A stretch of 64,000 nt of DNA from Fistulifera solaris (taxonomy: Eukaryota). Location: assembly GCA_030295235.1 (NCBI GenBank), contig AP026164.1, forward strand, positions 992,001 through 1,056,000, read 5' to 3'. Position 1 is the stretch's first letter. Each line of letters opens with the position of its first letter. The notes under the pieces are model-generated. The model did not search any database. It saw only the letters and a list, made by a program, of their open reading frames with translations, and was not told the DNA's origin. Below are positions 12,380-23,423 of the stretch, piece after piece. A program made the translations under genes and the position numbers.

Positions 12380-14315
12380 TTAGTCTCCATCATCCGTGTC
12401 GACCTCGTCTTCGTCTTCTTCTCCTCTGCAATTCTCAGCGATGACTTCGAATGTCGATACTGAAGAACGAATACTAGCACGTGAAGCGGTGCGTCTATCC
12501 GTTTTGACGTTCTCCATATCGCCGTCGTCTTCTAATTCCATGTCATGAACGTTGGACATGCTCGCGATATCAACGGAAGATCGTCTTCCATGAGACAATC
12601 GGTAGTTTGGGTCGTCTGTATGGACATCAGGAGTGTGACTTGCTTCATCTTCCGTATCACTAACAAAATCTTCCCACTCGTCTACGTCTTCATCATCGTC
12701 ATCTTCATTGGCGTACGTCGAATAGTCCATCTGCGGAGCAGTAACAAGACCTAAATTCATGCGCTGCTGAATCTCTTTCTCCGACAAAGTCGCCAGACTG
12801 ACAGAGTCACGGCGGTGGACATACTGATTTTTGTCTGAATGAAGTAACCGGATGATTAGCTTATGTACACCATATATCATTCCCCAATAATCAGAAAAGC
12901 TGTACTTACAAGCTGGACTTCGGTTGATAACCTGTAGCTGCTCGTTATCCACTAAAATACAACCCGCCATTGCGTCTTGACCCTGGTTGTGATCTTGACT
13001 TGTCGAGAAAACAGTAAAGACGCGGGCACCCTTCGAGACGGCAACCCCTCAGCATGAGCTTCGTGTGCTCGCATAATGTAAGAAAAATCCTGCTGCTGCA
13101 AAAAGTCAGTTACGGCTTTGTTACCAAAACAAATTGCCCCACCGCCTCGAAGGGAATCTCCGTATCCGGTCTCTGGGTTGACACTGCGAATCTCTTGTTC
13201 TTCCGAAGCAGGATCACTCCATATACCTGTAAATGTCGGTTTAAAAATATCAAACGCTTTAGAAAACAAAAGAACAGGATGAAAATGAGGATCCACTACT
13301 TACAATCGGATGCAACTTGTTGGTATTCGTCCTGCTCATGCTCATAAGGTGGATTGATTCCAGCTACCTTCGTGACAGTCAAAATGTCTTGTATGCGCGT
13401 TGTGTCACGAGATATCGGACGAGGAATACCACCATGAACACAAAAAATGTCTTGATCAATCACAGCAGCCAAGGGCAAGCGATCGAACACTTGGTTGCAG
13501 GCTTCCCAGATTCTGTATCCAATGTCATCCCCGAAGCGCTGCCGGCACTGCCAAATGAACGCACGTTCTCCGTAATGCTCTTCCCAGCCGTTGACATCAC
13601 GCGTTTCGTGATTACCTCGCAAGAGAAACACTTTGTGAGGAAGACAGACCTTCATCGCAAGCAAATATGCTACAGTCTCCAAGCAAGACAAACCACGGTC
13701 GACGTAGTCGCCTAGGAACAAAAAATTCCCAGCCGTGAGACTCATTCCAAGACGCCAAATATTGTCTGAGAAAAAGTGCAAATCTTCCAGATTTCCGTGA
13801 ATATCACCGAAGACGTAGACAGGTGACTGAATAAAGACAACTCTCGGTTCGCGCTCAAAGACATGTCGAGCCTTGCTCGCAACCTTCAGCAAGTCTTTAC
13901 AGAATACGGATGAATTAAGATACTCCATGTGTTGGGAGGGATTACTGAACATTTCAAGAATTCTCTGAACACTTGGGTGATCCTGGTAAGGTTTTGACGA
14001 TTGTTGCATTGCTGCGATGGAGTCCAAAACTTGACGAGTAGCAATACTGGCCGTCCGACCCATTCGTTGTTTTTGTGCGGTCACCATGCTTCGCTTAGCG
14101 CCCGTTCCATTCTTGACTTCACGCACATTAAACTGATGAGGACTCAAGTTTTGATATCGACGACGCTTATCGGCGCTCTGGCCACCACCGGAATTTGCTT
14201 CCAAGGATTCCTGTAGCTGCTTCGAGAGACTTTTAACCCGCTGTCGCAATGTCTCAATTTCGAGCTCTTGCTCTTGCAGACGGAGCTGCGCTTCAGCCGC
14301 TTGAGCAGAGTTCAT
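12380..14315 (-). CDS. PPP-family Ser/Thr protein phosphatase with N-terminal coiled coil and acidic C-terminal tail
   Basis: [30 protein letters not shown] motifs; intron 13227-13303; 1-nt shift in the C run at about 13045. Confidence 0.92.
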
Positions 14316-14646
14316 TATTGCGCCGCCCGTATTGAACACGAATTCGAATAGCAAATGAGAGAAATTGTAAAGTGAACGACAAACACTATTACCACATCAT
14401 AGTAGTAGCTTCGCAGTAATGGTCCATGGTTGGTGTTCAGGTGTGGCGTGTGGCGACACCTTCCAATTCTGAATTTTACTCAGTGTCATTGCCCACTAAA
14501 TTTTTCTCACTCACCAAAAGGACGCTATACAGAAAAATAGTTTTTTAACGAGTGTATACCGGGCAACTTTGACTATCCGTTTTAAAGTAGTAAGAAGGCT
14601 CAGTTAATACCAGCACGGAACGTTGGCCATACAAAAGTCGAATGAT

Positions 14647-14760
14647 CTAGGGTTGGCAAGGGCTTGTGCTAGGGTGGGTTGGCAAGGCTTGTGCTAGGGC
14701 TGGCCATAGACGGCTAGGACTGGCTAGGGTTAATAAAGTCGGGTCGAATAGGTTGGCCAA
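14647..14760 (+). repeat. Degenerate G-rich direct repeats (CTAGGG...TTGGCAAGG(G)CTTGTG)
   Basis: GGGTTGGCAAGG(G)CTTGTGCTAGGG occurs twice; CTAGG recurs five times; seven GGG runs within about 95 nt. Confidence 0.6.
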
Positions 14761-15224
14761 CGGCTGTCAGGAATCAGGTCCATGTCATCCTGTTCTTGTA
14801 ACGATGTCAATGATCCGATACGTTTGTTTGGAGTCTTGGACAAGCTATATATAGGAAGTTCGAAGTGGAAGGAATCATGAATCATAAACATCCTACAAGT
14901 TGTCGGTTGTGGTGCTATGCTGCGACAGCAAATACAAATTAAAAACTGCAAATTTTAGCAGTCGGTAACCTTGAGCGTTCAACTGAAAAACCAATCTCTT
15001 GTTCTTAATTTCATAATTGGCCAAGAAGCAAGTCAGCATTTTCCAAACTGCGACCCAAGAATCACACTGACGAGCTTCAATCTTCTTTGCCCAAGAACGG
15101 ACATGACAACAAATAAACAAGGACAGCTTTCAAATGCACGCCATCCCATTGACGAAAGCTGCGCAGAAAAACGCTTTGAATTACTATAAAGCAAGACATT
15201 GGCTTGTAAGGAAGCTGTTCTAGT

Positions 15225-15434
15225 TTAGATGGTGATTCTTTGCAAACCAGGTGGGAGACTTTGCGTCAACTTTTCGGCCTTCTCGCCATCGGTAACGACA
15301 AGTGTGTACAAGTTTCGCGAGCATCGAATCTTAAATTTGGTTTGAGTAGGTCTTTTGCGGATTTTCACAAGCTTGGCATCCGCTCGGCGAGCCTTTTGCA
15401 GGAAATCGCGAATGTCTGTAATTTGCTTCGGCAT
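15225..15434 (-). CDS. RPL38: 60S ribosomal protein L38 (eL38)
   Basis: [21 protein letters not shown]...[33 protein letters not shown] is the typical eL38 sequence. Confidence 0.97.
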   Translation of the reverse strand: MPKQITDIRDFLQKARRADAKLVKIRKRPTQTKFKIRCSRNLYTLVVTDGEKAEKLTQSLPPGLQRITI

Positions 15435-16008
15435 GGTATATAAAATTCAGTCTTCAGTACAGAGAAAACGAGCAGCGGATGTTAGACCAGTGATAAAAAA
15501 TCTAATTGCAACGTGATGAAGAAAGTCTTGCGAAACGACAAGAATGTGAGAAGCTCAAATGCTTGAAATGAAGTGAACCCGATGAAAATTTTGGTTGCCA
15601 ATCTATTCCGTGCCAGCTGATCGTCTCAATTTCTTCTCCTTTTCAACAAACGAACGTGCGTTCTTGCGAAATATAGTCTTTAGAAAAGCTTTCTTCCACA
15701 TACCTTGATCAAGATGATAAAGATGCAAACGAGGCAGTCGATCGGGACGATTTCCGTCCGGACGGAGAGAGCATTGCGGAAACGAAGTAAAGCGGTAACG
15801 TGGTAAACCATCTCGCATAGAGTTACGGGTTAATTTCGAGGTTTCCGTCGATTGCTTGACGGGTGGACGGCGGACGAGACTTTTCCTCTATAGTGACGTC
15901 ATTCGCAACAAAACTCGTCCGTTCGCGTTTTTGACGACTTTATTGATCATTGACCTCCCCTTTCCCATTGCTATTTTCGACGATCTTTATTGACAAAGGC
16001 GGTCAACC

Positions 16009-17072
16009 ATGAAGTCCTTCATTCCCTGTCTTCTTTTCGCAAATACCTTAACGCAAGCGTGGGTGTCAGACAAATCGGTAGGGTCGATTACGCGTTCCTA
16101 TAAGTTCGCGCTGAGTGCATCCCGAGCTGCCTCCAAGAACCAGAACAAGCAACATTGGTTGCAACAACGAGGACTTGGTGCCGAATCGACGATAAATTCC
16201 AGCATGGGCCGGGCCGATATTATAGGCGCTGGTCGCATCGGTTCACTGTTAGCCGAAGCGGGTGATTGCGTTTTGTTGGGCAGGGAAACAAAATCGACCC
16301 GAATGGATCCGGTCCGATCTTAATCGCTACGCGGAATGACGCTTTGGACAGCATTGTCGATAACTGTCCCGAAAATCGCAAGAAAGATCTTGTGTTCTTG
16401 CAGAATGGGTACCTGGATGATTTCTTGACTTCCAAGGGATTGATCGATAATACACAGGCTTTGCTTTACTTCTCTGTGACAGCAAAGGGGGTAGAGCCTG
16501 TCGATGGTGTAACGACCGTTAACCCTGAAGGTCTTACTGCCGTCACTGGTCTACACAGCAAAGCCTTTGCGGATCGCCCTAGCGTCGCTGAATCTGAAAT
16601 GCAATGTCGTTACACCTGAGCAATACCGACCGGCCATGTTCGGAAAAGCTGATGTAAGTATCGTTGTGCCGCACCAAGATAGATAGATTTTGCATCAGTA
16701 ACCCTCACCGTTCTCGCGTAGCTGGATCTCCACATACATGCTAGTTGGTACAGCCAAAGAGTGTTCGCCGGTGGGCCAAGCGGGCAGCGAACATGGAGAT
16801 CTCATCAAGCAACTAATCAACGAACTTGTGGTCGCCGTCAGCAACAAAGAAGGAATTGCCTTTCCGAAGGCACTTTAGAACGTTTGGCTGCTTACACAGA
16901 TGTGGTAGCCGATTTTCCGTGCGGCGTGAAGGAGTTCGAGTGGCGTAATCAACATTTTTATAGGCTTGGTGATGAAGCCTGTCCTATTCACAACGGATTG
17001 TTGAGAGAATGTGGAAAACGGCAAGCTAAGCTTTCAATTAACATGAGGTTTTCGAAATTCTTAGCATTATAA
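16009..17072 (+). CDS. Conserved plastid-targeted protein of plants and algae with a Rossmann/ketopantoate-reductase-like N-terminus (At1g16080-like); several apparent frameshifts, 3' end uncertain
   Basis: Signal MKSFIPCLLFANTLTQA|W; IIGAGRIG; GPILIATRND, DLVFLQNG, NPEGLTA, ERLAAY...FPCGVKEFEWRN; intron 16654-16721. Confidence 0.75.
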
Positions 17073-17971
17073 GCGATGATACTTTGTGAGCGATCGACGG
17101 AGTAGTTTTTCGTCTCGAGATCCATCTTATTGTGCTTTTCTGATACTCCCAAACTTAATGTGTCCTGCCGTTCAAGCACTTAGGTAACTACATACTTTTA
17201 TCGTGTGGGTAAATAATCAAACATCCAGCAATGCCCATCATCGTTTGAAAGAGTCGACTAGAGGTTCAACTTCAATGGGCCAAATACATATTGTATAGAC
17301 ATAAGCAACTCAACTCCTCTGAAAAGTTAGATGTGAACGTTGTCGAACGACCCTGTTGATAGGTGTCATGTCATTGGGATTTTACGTGCAAAATCAGGCA
17401 CATGTGCAGCGATACACCTGGAAAGATAGGTTTGCAAGTTCCGGCAACTAGGCACAAGTTCTCTCATGCTTTTGTGCTGTTGCTGAAAGAGTATTCCAGA
17501 ACAACTAGAAACAACCTGTCTCAAGGATGGTCCAAACGCGATCGCGACTTTTTCGTAGACTTGGCTCGCGTGAGACGATATCTAATCCATTTCTGAGTCC
17601 CAATCAGAATATGTCAAAAGAATGATGATATTACCTTCAAATGTTGACTGTAAAACATCGCAGAAAACAATGCAACTGAAAACTTTTGACTTCAGTTCTT
17701 TGCAAGCTGTAATGTAATTGATCAGATTGATGAAAGAATGCAATTGGTCATCGATGATACGCTCGGGAGAAGATGCCACGAAACACGAATTGGGTCAGTC
17801 CTATTATAATAGGAATAACTCACATAGTGAAACTAATTTTCATACAGCGACTTCGCCGAAGTTTCCTGTGTTTTCTACCAGTATTGCTATCATGACTGCA
17901 AGGAAATTGGAGAAGAAGATCGTTTATTCTTTCCAAAGAGTCGCTAGCGCAATGGCACGGAATGAAGGTGG

Positions 17972-18531
17972 TGTTAAAATACTAACGTACTGTGGAATCG
18001 AACCACAGAGCCATCCCAATCACGTCGTATTTCTACCCTGATCCATGATATATAAGCCACTCTGATTGACGTCCAGACCCTCAATCTGACATCCTCCCTG
18101 GCCTTACACTATCATGATCCGTACTGTTTTTGCCCTTCAGCCTCGTCCACTTGAGACCGCCTTCCAGCCCTGTTCTTTTATCCTCCCGGCTTCTCAGGAG
18201 TCGGCAACAAACGCACTCAGCGAGATTGAGATAACGTTACCAGTACCATGTTAAAATACTAACGTACTGTGGAATCGAACCACAGAGCCATCCCAATCAC
18301 GTCGTATTTCTACCACTTGAGACCGCCTTCCAGCCCTATTCTTTTATCCTCCCGGCTTCTCAGGAGTCGGCAACAAACGCACTCAGCGGGTTCGAACCCT
18401 GCACGTTACCATGTTAAAATACTAACGTACTGTGGAATCGAACCACAGAGCCATCCCAATCACGTCGTATTTCTACCCTGATCCATGATATATAAGCCAC
18501 TCTGATTGACGTCCAGACCCTCAATCTGACA
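17972..18531 (-). mobile_element. Non-autonomous miniature LTR retrotransposon (TRIM-like), 560 bp
   Basis: Identical 120-bp direct repeats 17972-18091 and 18412-18531 bounded by TG...CA; AGGTGG duplicated at 17966-17971 and 18532-18537; tRNA-3'-like PBS at 18386-18411; purine tract on the minus strand next to the other LTR (18092-18099); no coding capacity. Confidence 0.85.
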
Positions 18532-19061
18532 AGGTGGTACCCTTGTAAACAATTGGCCGACGTATCCTTTGTATTTTGGGCAGATAAACACGGTCTGACT
18601 TCAAGAAATTAGGAATAAACACTAAAATATTTATTCCTAATTTCATAAAGACAGAATGTAATTCTGACATTCGACTGAATTTTCCATTTATTGTTTTACT
18701 TTCAAAAAAAAACTATGAGGTACCGGTACCGTACCTGGTACCAAGGTCGCAGTGAACTTGACAAATGTCGTAGAGGACCTACGGACAGACTGGACCCTCT
18801 TTGAAACTCGTGATCTAATGATTTCAAAACATTCTCCGGGACTAAACACATAGGCACATGGCACATTTAACTGCTTTAGTCAAATAAGGTATTCCTGTTG
18901 ACGGGCTGACGTTTTCATTCAGACATTTCGACCTACAAATTGTTAGAGTGTGGAAACGCACTTGATGGGCTTGGCGTTGGCGGCGCTCGGCGTTCGCGAT
19001 CGGCGTGATAAGCTGCTCTTCAACGTCATCCAATCCAGCATCGCTCGACACCGCGAAGAAG

Positions 19062-19096
19062 GACGAGGACGAGGACGAGGACGACGACGACGACGA
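19062..19096 (+). repeat. (GACGAG)n/(GAC)n microsatellite
   Basis: gacgaggacgaggacgaggacgacgacgacgacgag seen directly. Confidence 0.7.
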
Positions 19097-19345
19097 GCAT
19101 TCACCTTCAAGAAATGCTTCAAATTGCATAAAGAAAAGAGGCTACACGTGTTCGATCTAGCAACTGAAGGGACGCAGGATACATACCAGAGGTTCCTTCG
19201 TTTCATTCCGACTCGAGCACACAGTCTGGTTTAGGAAGAATTGCTATTTAACTGCATACTATTTTACAGTCCATCAACCCAAGCGGTCCTTTCAGTTTTC
19301 TGATTCTGATTACGGCGTATAAAGGAATCTTTAAAGCCCTCAATC

Positions 19346-20806
19346 ATGCAACTGAAAATATTCCCGTTTCTTTTAATAACGGTGGTTACAGCTTGGCAAT
19401 CTCAAGTTCCGTATACACGCCACTTCACTCTCCTGCAATCACTGGCTACACCCAACAACGACATTAATGAAGAAATACAATCAGGTCGCCTACTCGAAGG
19501 AGGAGCCGTGATTGATTTCAGTTCGGTGAAGGCTAGTTCAAAAGCTGAGGCTGCCCTCGCTAAAGCAAGAGAAGCCTTGACTGGAAAACCACCGTTGGCG
19601 CATTCCACTATTTTAGGCATCAACGACGATGTTGTACGGGAAGTCGGTCATCCGCTGGGGCAATTTGCCAGTCAAGAAGATATACAGTCCTGCGCCGCTT
19701 ATTTAAGGTCCATCGCTCCCAAAGACTTGTTTGTGAAACGGAATAATGCATCATCAGAACCGTCATTCACAAGTGAGCAAATCGCAGAATTCCAGACCTT
19801 ATTGTCGAAAGCTTTTGAAGAAGCCGGGGAAGTTACAAGTGCGTTTGCCAAAACATTCTATTTAGGAACTAAAGTAATGGGTAGTGAAGCCCAGCGAGCA
19901 ATTTGGGCTGTCTACGTATGGTGTCGACGAACGGATGAAATTGTTGATGCACCTAGGGAGAACAACGAAGACATGCTGCACGATTTGTCACTGTGGGAGC
20001 TGCGGCTGGAGAATCTATGGAAGTATGGTGAAGTGGTCGATGTCTACGACTTGTGTCTATTGGATAGTTTGGTGCGGTATCCCAATCTTGATATAACGCC
20101 GTTCCTTGATATGATTCGAGGAATGCTAATGGATGTCCCAGGTCTCGGTCAAGACCGTTACGAAAAGTTTGACGAGTTGCATTTGTACTGCTACCGAGTA
20201 GCTGGAACTGTCGGCTTGATGAGTCTTCCAATCTTTGGATGTGCCCCTGATTACAATGATGAAGTAGCAAGGTACGTGATTGAGCGGAGCGATGCCCAAC
20301 CGTATTGATGTACGTGGACCATCTAACACTCCACGAATCGCAGAGAACCGGCCCTTTCGCTGGGTGTCGCTTTTCAACTTACAAACATTCTTCGTGATGT
20401 CGGTGAAGACGCCGTGCAACGTAAGCGTGTTTACTTGCCTCAGGAAGATTTAAAACGATTTGGGGTGACAGAGGAACAAATTATGGCGCAGCGAGTCGAC
20501 GAAAATTACATTGAGTTAATGAAGTTTCAAATAGCCCGCGCGCGTAAGTATTATGAAAGAGCTCGACGGGGAGTTTTTATGTTGGCCGAAGAGAGCCGTT
20601 TACCGGTACAAGTCTCAATAGACGCCTACGGCAAGATCCTGGACAAGATCGAGGAAAACGGTTACGATTCACTTACTAAACGTGCTTACGTCGATAAATG
20701 GGAAAAGCTATCCATTGTGCCATTATCGTGGTATCGAACTCTTGATGTTTCAAGAACATGGCCTTTGCCAGGTGATAAACCTGTGCATTCGCTGGCGGAA
20801 GTTTGA
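19346..20806 (+). CDS. PSY: Phytoene synthase, plastid-targeted
   Basis: AKTFYLGT, AIWAVYVWCRRTDEIVD, LYCYRVAGTVGLM, QLTNILRDVGEDA, RVYLPQEDL; intron 20272-20343; signal ...VVTA|W. Confidence 0.97.
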
Positions 20807-21313
20807 AGTGTCGCCGGGGTCAACAGTCAGGCGGCACGCAGTTGACATCTTCAACGATTTCTAGCCGATGATGGCATTTACAAATAATGATCTTAACGAA
20901 ACGTATAAAGCATTCCTTCAATAATCATACAAATCATTCTATCATTATCTAAGCACAGAAACTGAAGCGCATAGTTGTTCAAACACTAAAAGCAAGGACC
21001 CAGTGGAAGCCAACAAGTAAGTCAATATGCTGCGCAACACGGATAGGTCTTCTAGTCACAAAGAAACGAGGTCGAACTTGTCTCGGTTTCGAGATTAAAT
21101 TGCGACTCCTTTCTACACTGTTGTCATGCAAGATGAGGCCCGGCTAAAGCGACAAACCAGCGAAACGTTTTGCGAAGATCAGCACGCGAGGAAAGCTCAC
21201 GTATCGTCTAGCACGACCATTCGGCAGTACCAACATCCAGTGTGGATAATGCTGCAAGCAAGACGTTGGAAACCGGTCATTATTTTGTCTATCCGATCTA
21301 GCCACATACATCC

Positions 21314-21776
21314 TCACAACGACTCGTCGCCATTAACCTTCAACAACTCAATCCGGTACATCAAAGTGGCATCTGGTGGTATCCGTGGTGGAAAGCCAAC
21401 TGCACCGTAAGCGTAAAGCGGGGGTATCGTTACCTCAGCGATGGTTCCGACGGACATTTTCGTAAGGGCAACATCCCACCCTGCGACCACTTGTCCTTCT
21501 CCGACCCGAAACTGGAAGGGCAACTTTCGATCGTAAGAACTATCAATCTTCGTTCCGTCCTCTAGAAAAGCTTCAAAGTGAACCTTGGAAATAATGAATG
21601 CCTTCAGTGAGAGTATGGGGAATGTAATTAAAAATGCAGAATTGGGGTCGATCTGACATCTGACCTACCAAACACCTGTCTCCAACTTGGGCAAAAGTCT
21701 TTTCATCCCCTTTCTTAGCAGTTCGTAGCAGTACTCCAGGACCTTGAAGTCTTGCTGGTATATGTGAGTTGTTCAT
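21314..21776 (-). CDS. FKBP-type peptidyl-prolyl isomerase (FKBP12-like)
   Basis: GDRCL|VHFEAFLEDGTKIDSSYDRKLPFQFRVGEGQVVAGWD...AYGAVGFPPRIPPDATL; intron 21584-21668. Confidence 0.92.
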
Positions 21777-22515
21777 TGCGCGACATCTCCTAACGGCACG
21801 TAGAAAATAGAGCTGATTTTGATGATGATGATGTTCACAAATGCATCATTGCAAACAATGCAACAATAACGCCACGAGTGCCGGGACTGAACATCTTTCA
21901 GTCGTCCCAGATATTTTCCATCATCGATTTGTCGGGTATGTTTGGCTGCAATACCATCCAACCTTGAATCTAATTAGCATTCATAAACGATGTTAACAAA
22001 TGCACGGAAAAACTAAGGTAATGACGAGAGAACAAACATCCTTCGCACCTAACACTGGAGTAATAAGTAGACTTGAATGGGAGGAAGCATCGTATCAAGT
22101 CAGCTGGTACCGAGGTCATTGACATTAGTCGTGCGTGGCCGATGCTCTCAATCCGAAGCCCTTTATAGTTTGCAAGTTGCTGAAAAATCGCACGTTATCA
22201 CCCCAATTTGACCATCTACAGTTCGACCAAGTTGGCCGTTTGTATTTTCAGAGATTGGACACCTCTTCAGTCCATCAAACGGTAAACAAGTAAAGAGCTA
22301 CATAACTGTTTTTCTATTCTACCTTGACTCCTCTGGTACGGTAGCGGTTTCATGCTCTGTCACAATCCGGGACTGAAATTGGATTGAGTCGTCGTCGGTC
22401 GAATCAATCGATCGTCTTGCATTTTTGAAACACAACAAGACACAAGGTTGTATTCCTTGCTTTTAATGAATAACTCAATTGCATTTTCTTTAAACTTGAA
22501 TCTCCTTTATCAGTC

Positions 22516-22953
22516 ATGTCGTCCATGGAAGAACCCAAGCCGAAGAAAGCCAAGACTGCCGTCAAAGAGGAACATGATGGCGAGGAAGGCGATCGCGACG
22601 GTGGGCAGTTCAGGGAGCAGGAGAACGAAGAAGAAGATGAAGAACAACTTCAAATGCAACGAAACGAGAACGGAGAATTGTTTCTCGACCTATCCAGAAC
22701 TCGCCGCTTGACCGTGCGCAAATTCAAGAGCGCTGTTTTAGTGGATATTCGTGAGGTAAGCAAAGTGTAACGAAGGAAAAACGATTTCTAGAGACTGCAT
22801 TCTCATCATGGAATTTATTTGATGTAGTATTATGAGAAAGATGATAAAATCCTACCGGGAAAGAAAGGCATTAGTTTGTCGGTTCAGCAGTACGAAGTTC
22901 TCAAGAAGGCGATCATGAATGGGACAGTCGACAAAGCGATTCGGGAACTGTGA
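22516..22953 (+). CDS. PC4/Sub1 transcriptional coactivator (ssDNA-binding)
   Basis: [35 protein letters not shown] is the PC4 signature; intron 22756-22827. Confidence 0.92.
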
Positions 22954-23423
22954 GCTCTTATCCTAGGGTAGATTTAAGATACCGTACCTTCTGTCTTTGT
23001 CTTTGAAGCAGTTTTGAATGAAGAGGAACAGAGGTGTTAGTTATCGATTGAATGACAACTATTTCGTAGTATAAAACTGTTTGTTTAATCACCTAATCCT
23101 TTTCCTTGTCCATTCGATCACCTAATCACGGAATGATAGCTAAGAGGAAAAGCATCTTTAGCGGACACTTTTGTTTTCTCTTGTTTACTTTTCGACTAGG
23201 CGAGAGTGTAACTATACCTGGTAGCTGTAGCTATATAAAGTAGTGTTCTCAATAACTCGTGACCCAATGAGGCGTGACAGGAATTTCGAGAAATTTTTTA
23301 TGATCGACCGCGGTGATCGGATGACATTTTGTTTGCTTTCTGCTCATCTTGATCTTGATCTTTGAAACTTACGATGTGCAGCCATTTTGTGTAACGACTG
23401 CAAGTGATTCTTCATCGTTTCTA

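Noticed and set aside
17972..18531. CRISPR array or true tRNA gene in the repeated region
   Set aside because: Repeats are 66-120 bp with duplicated rather than unique spacers, there are no cas genes, and only T-arm-like fragments are present with no full cloverleaf.
18842..19234. Short overlapping ORFs with poly-S, RG or RP tracts
   Set aside because: Explained by a microsatellite; no recognisable domain or convincing start.
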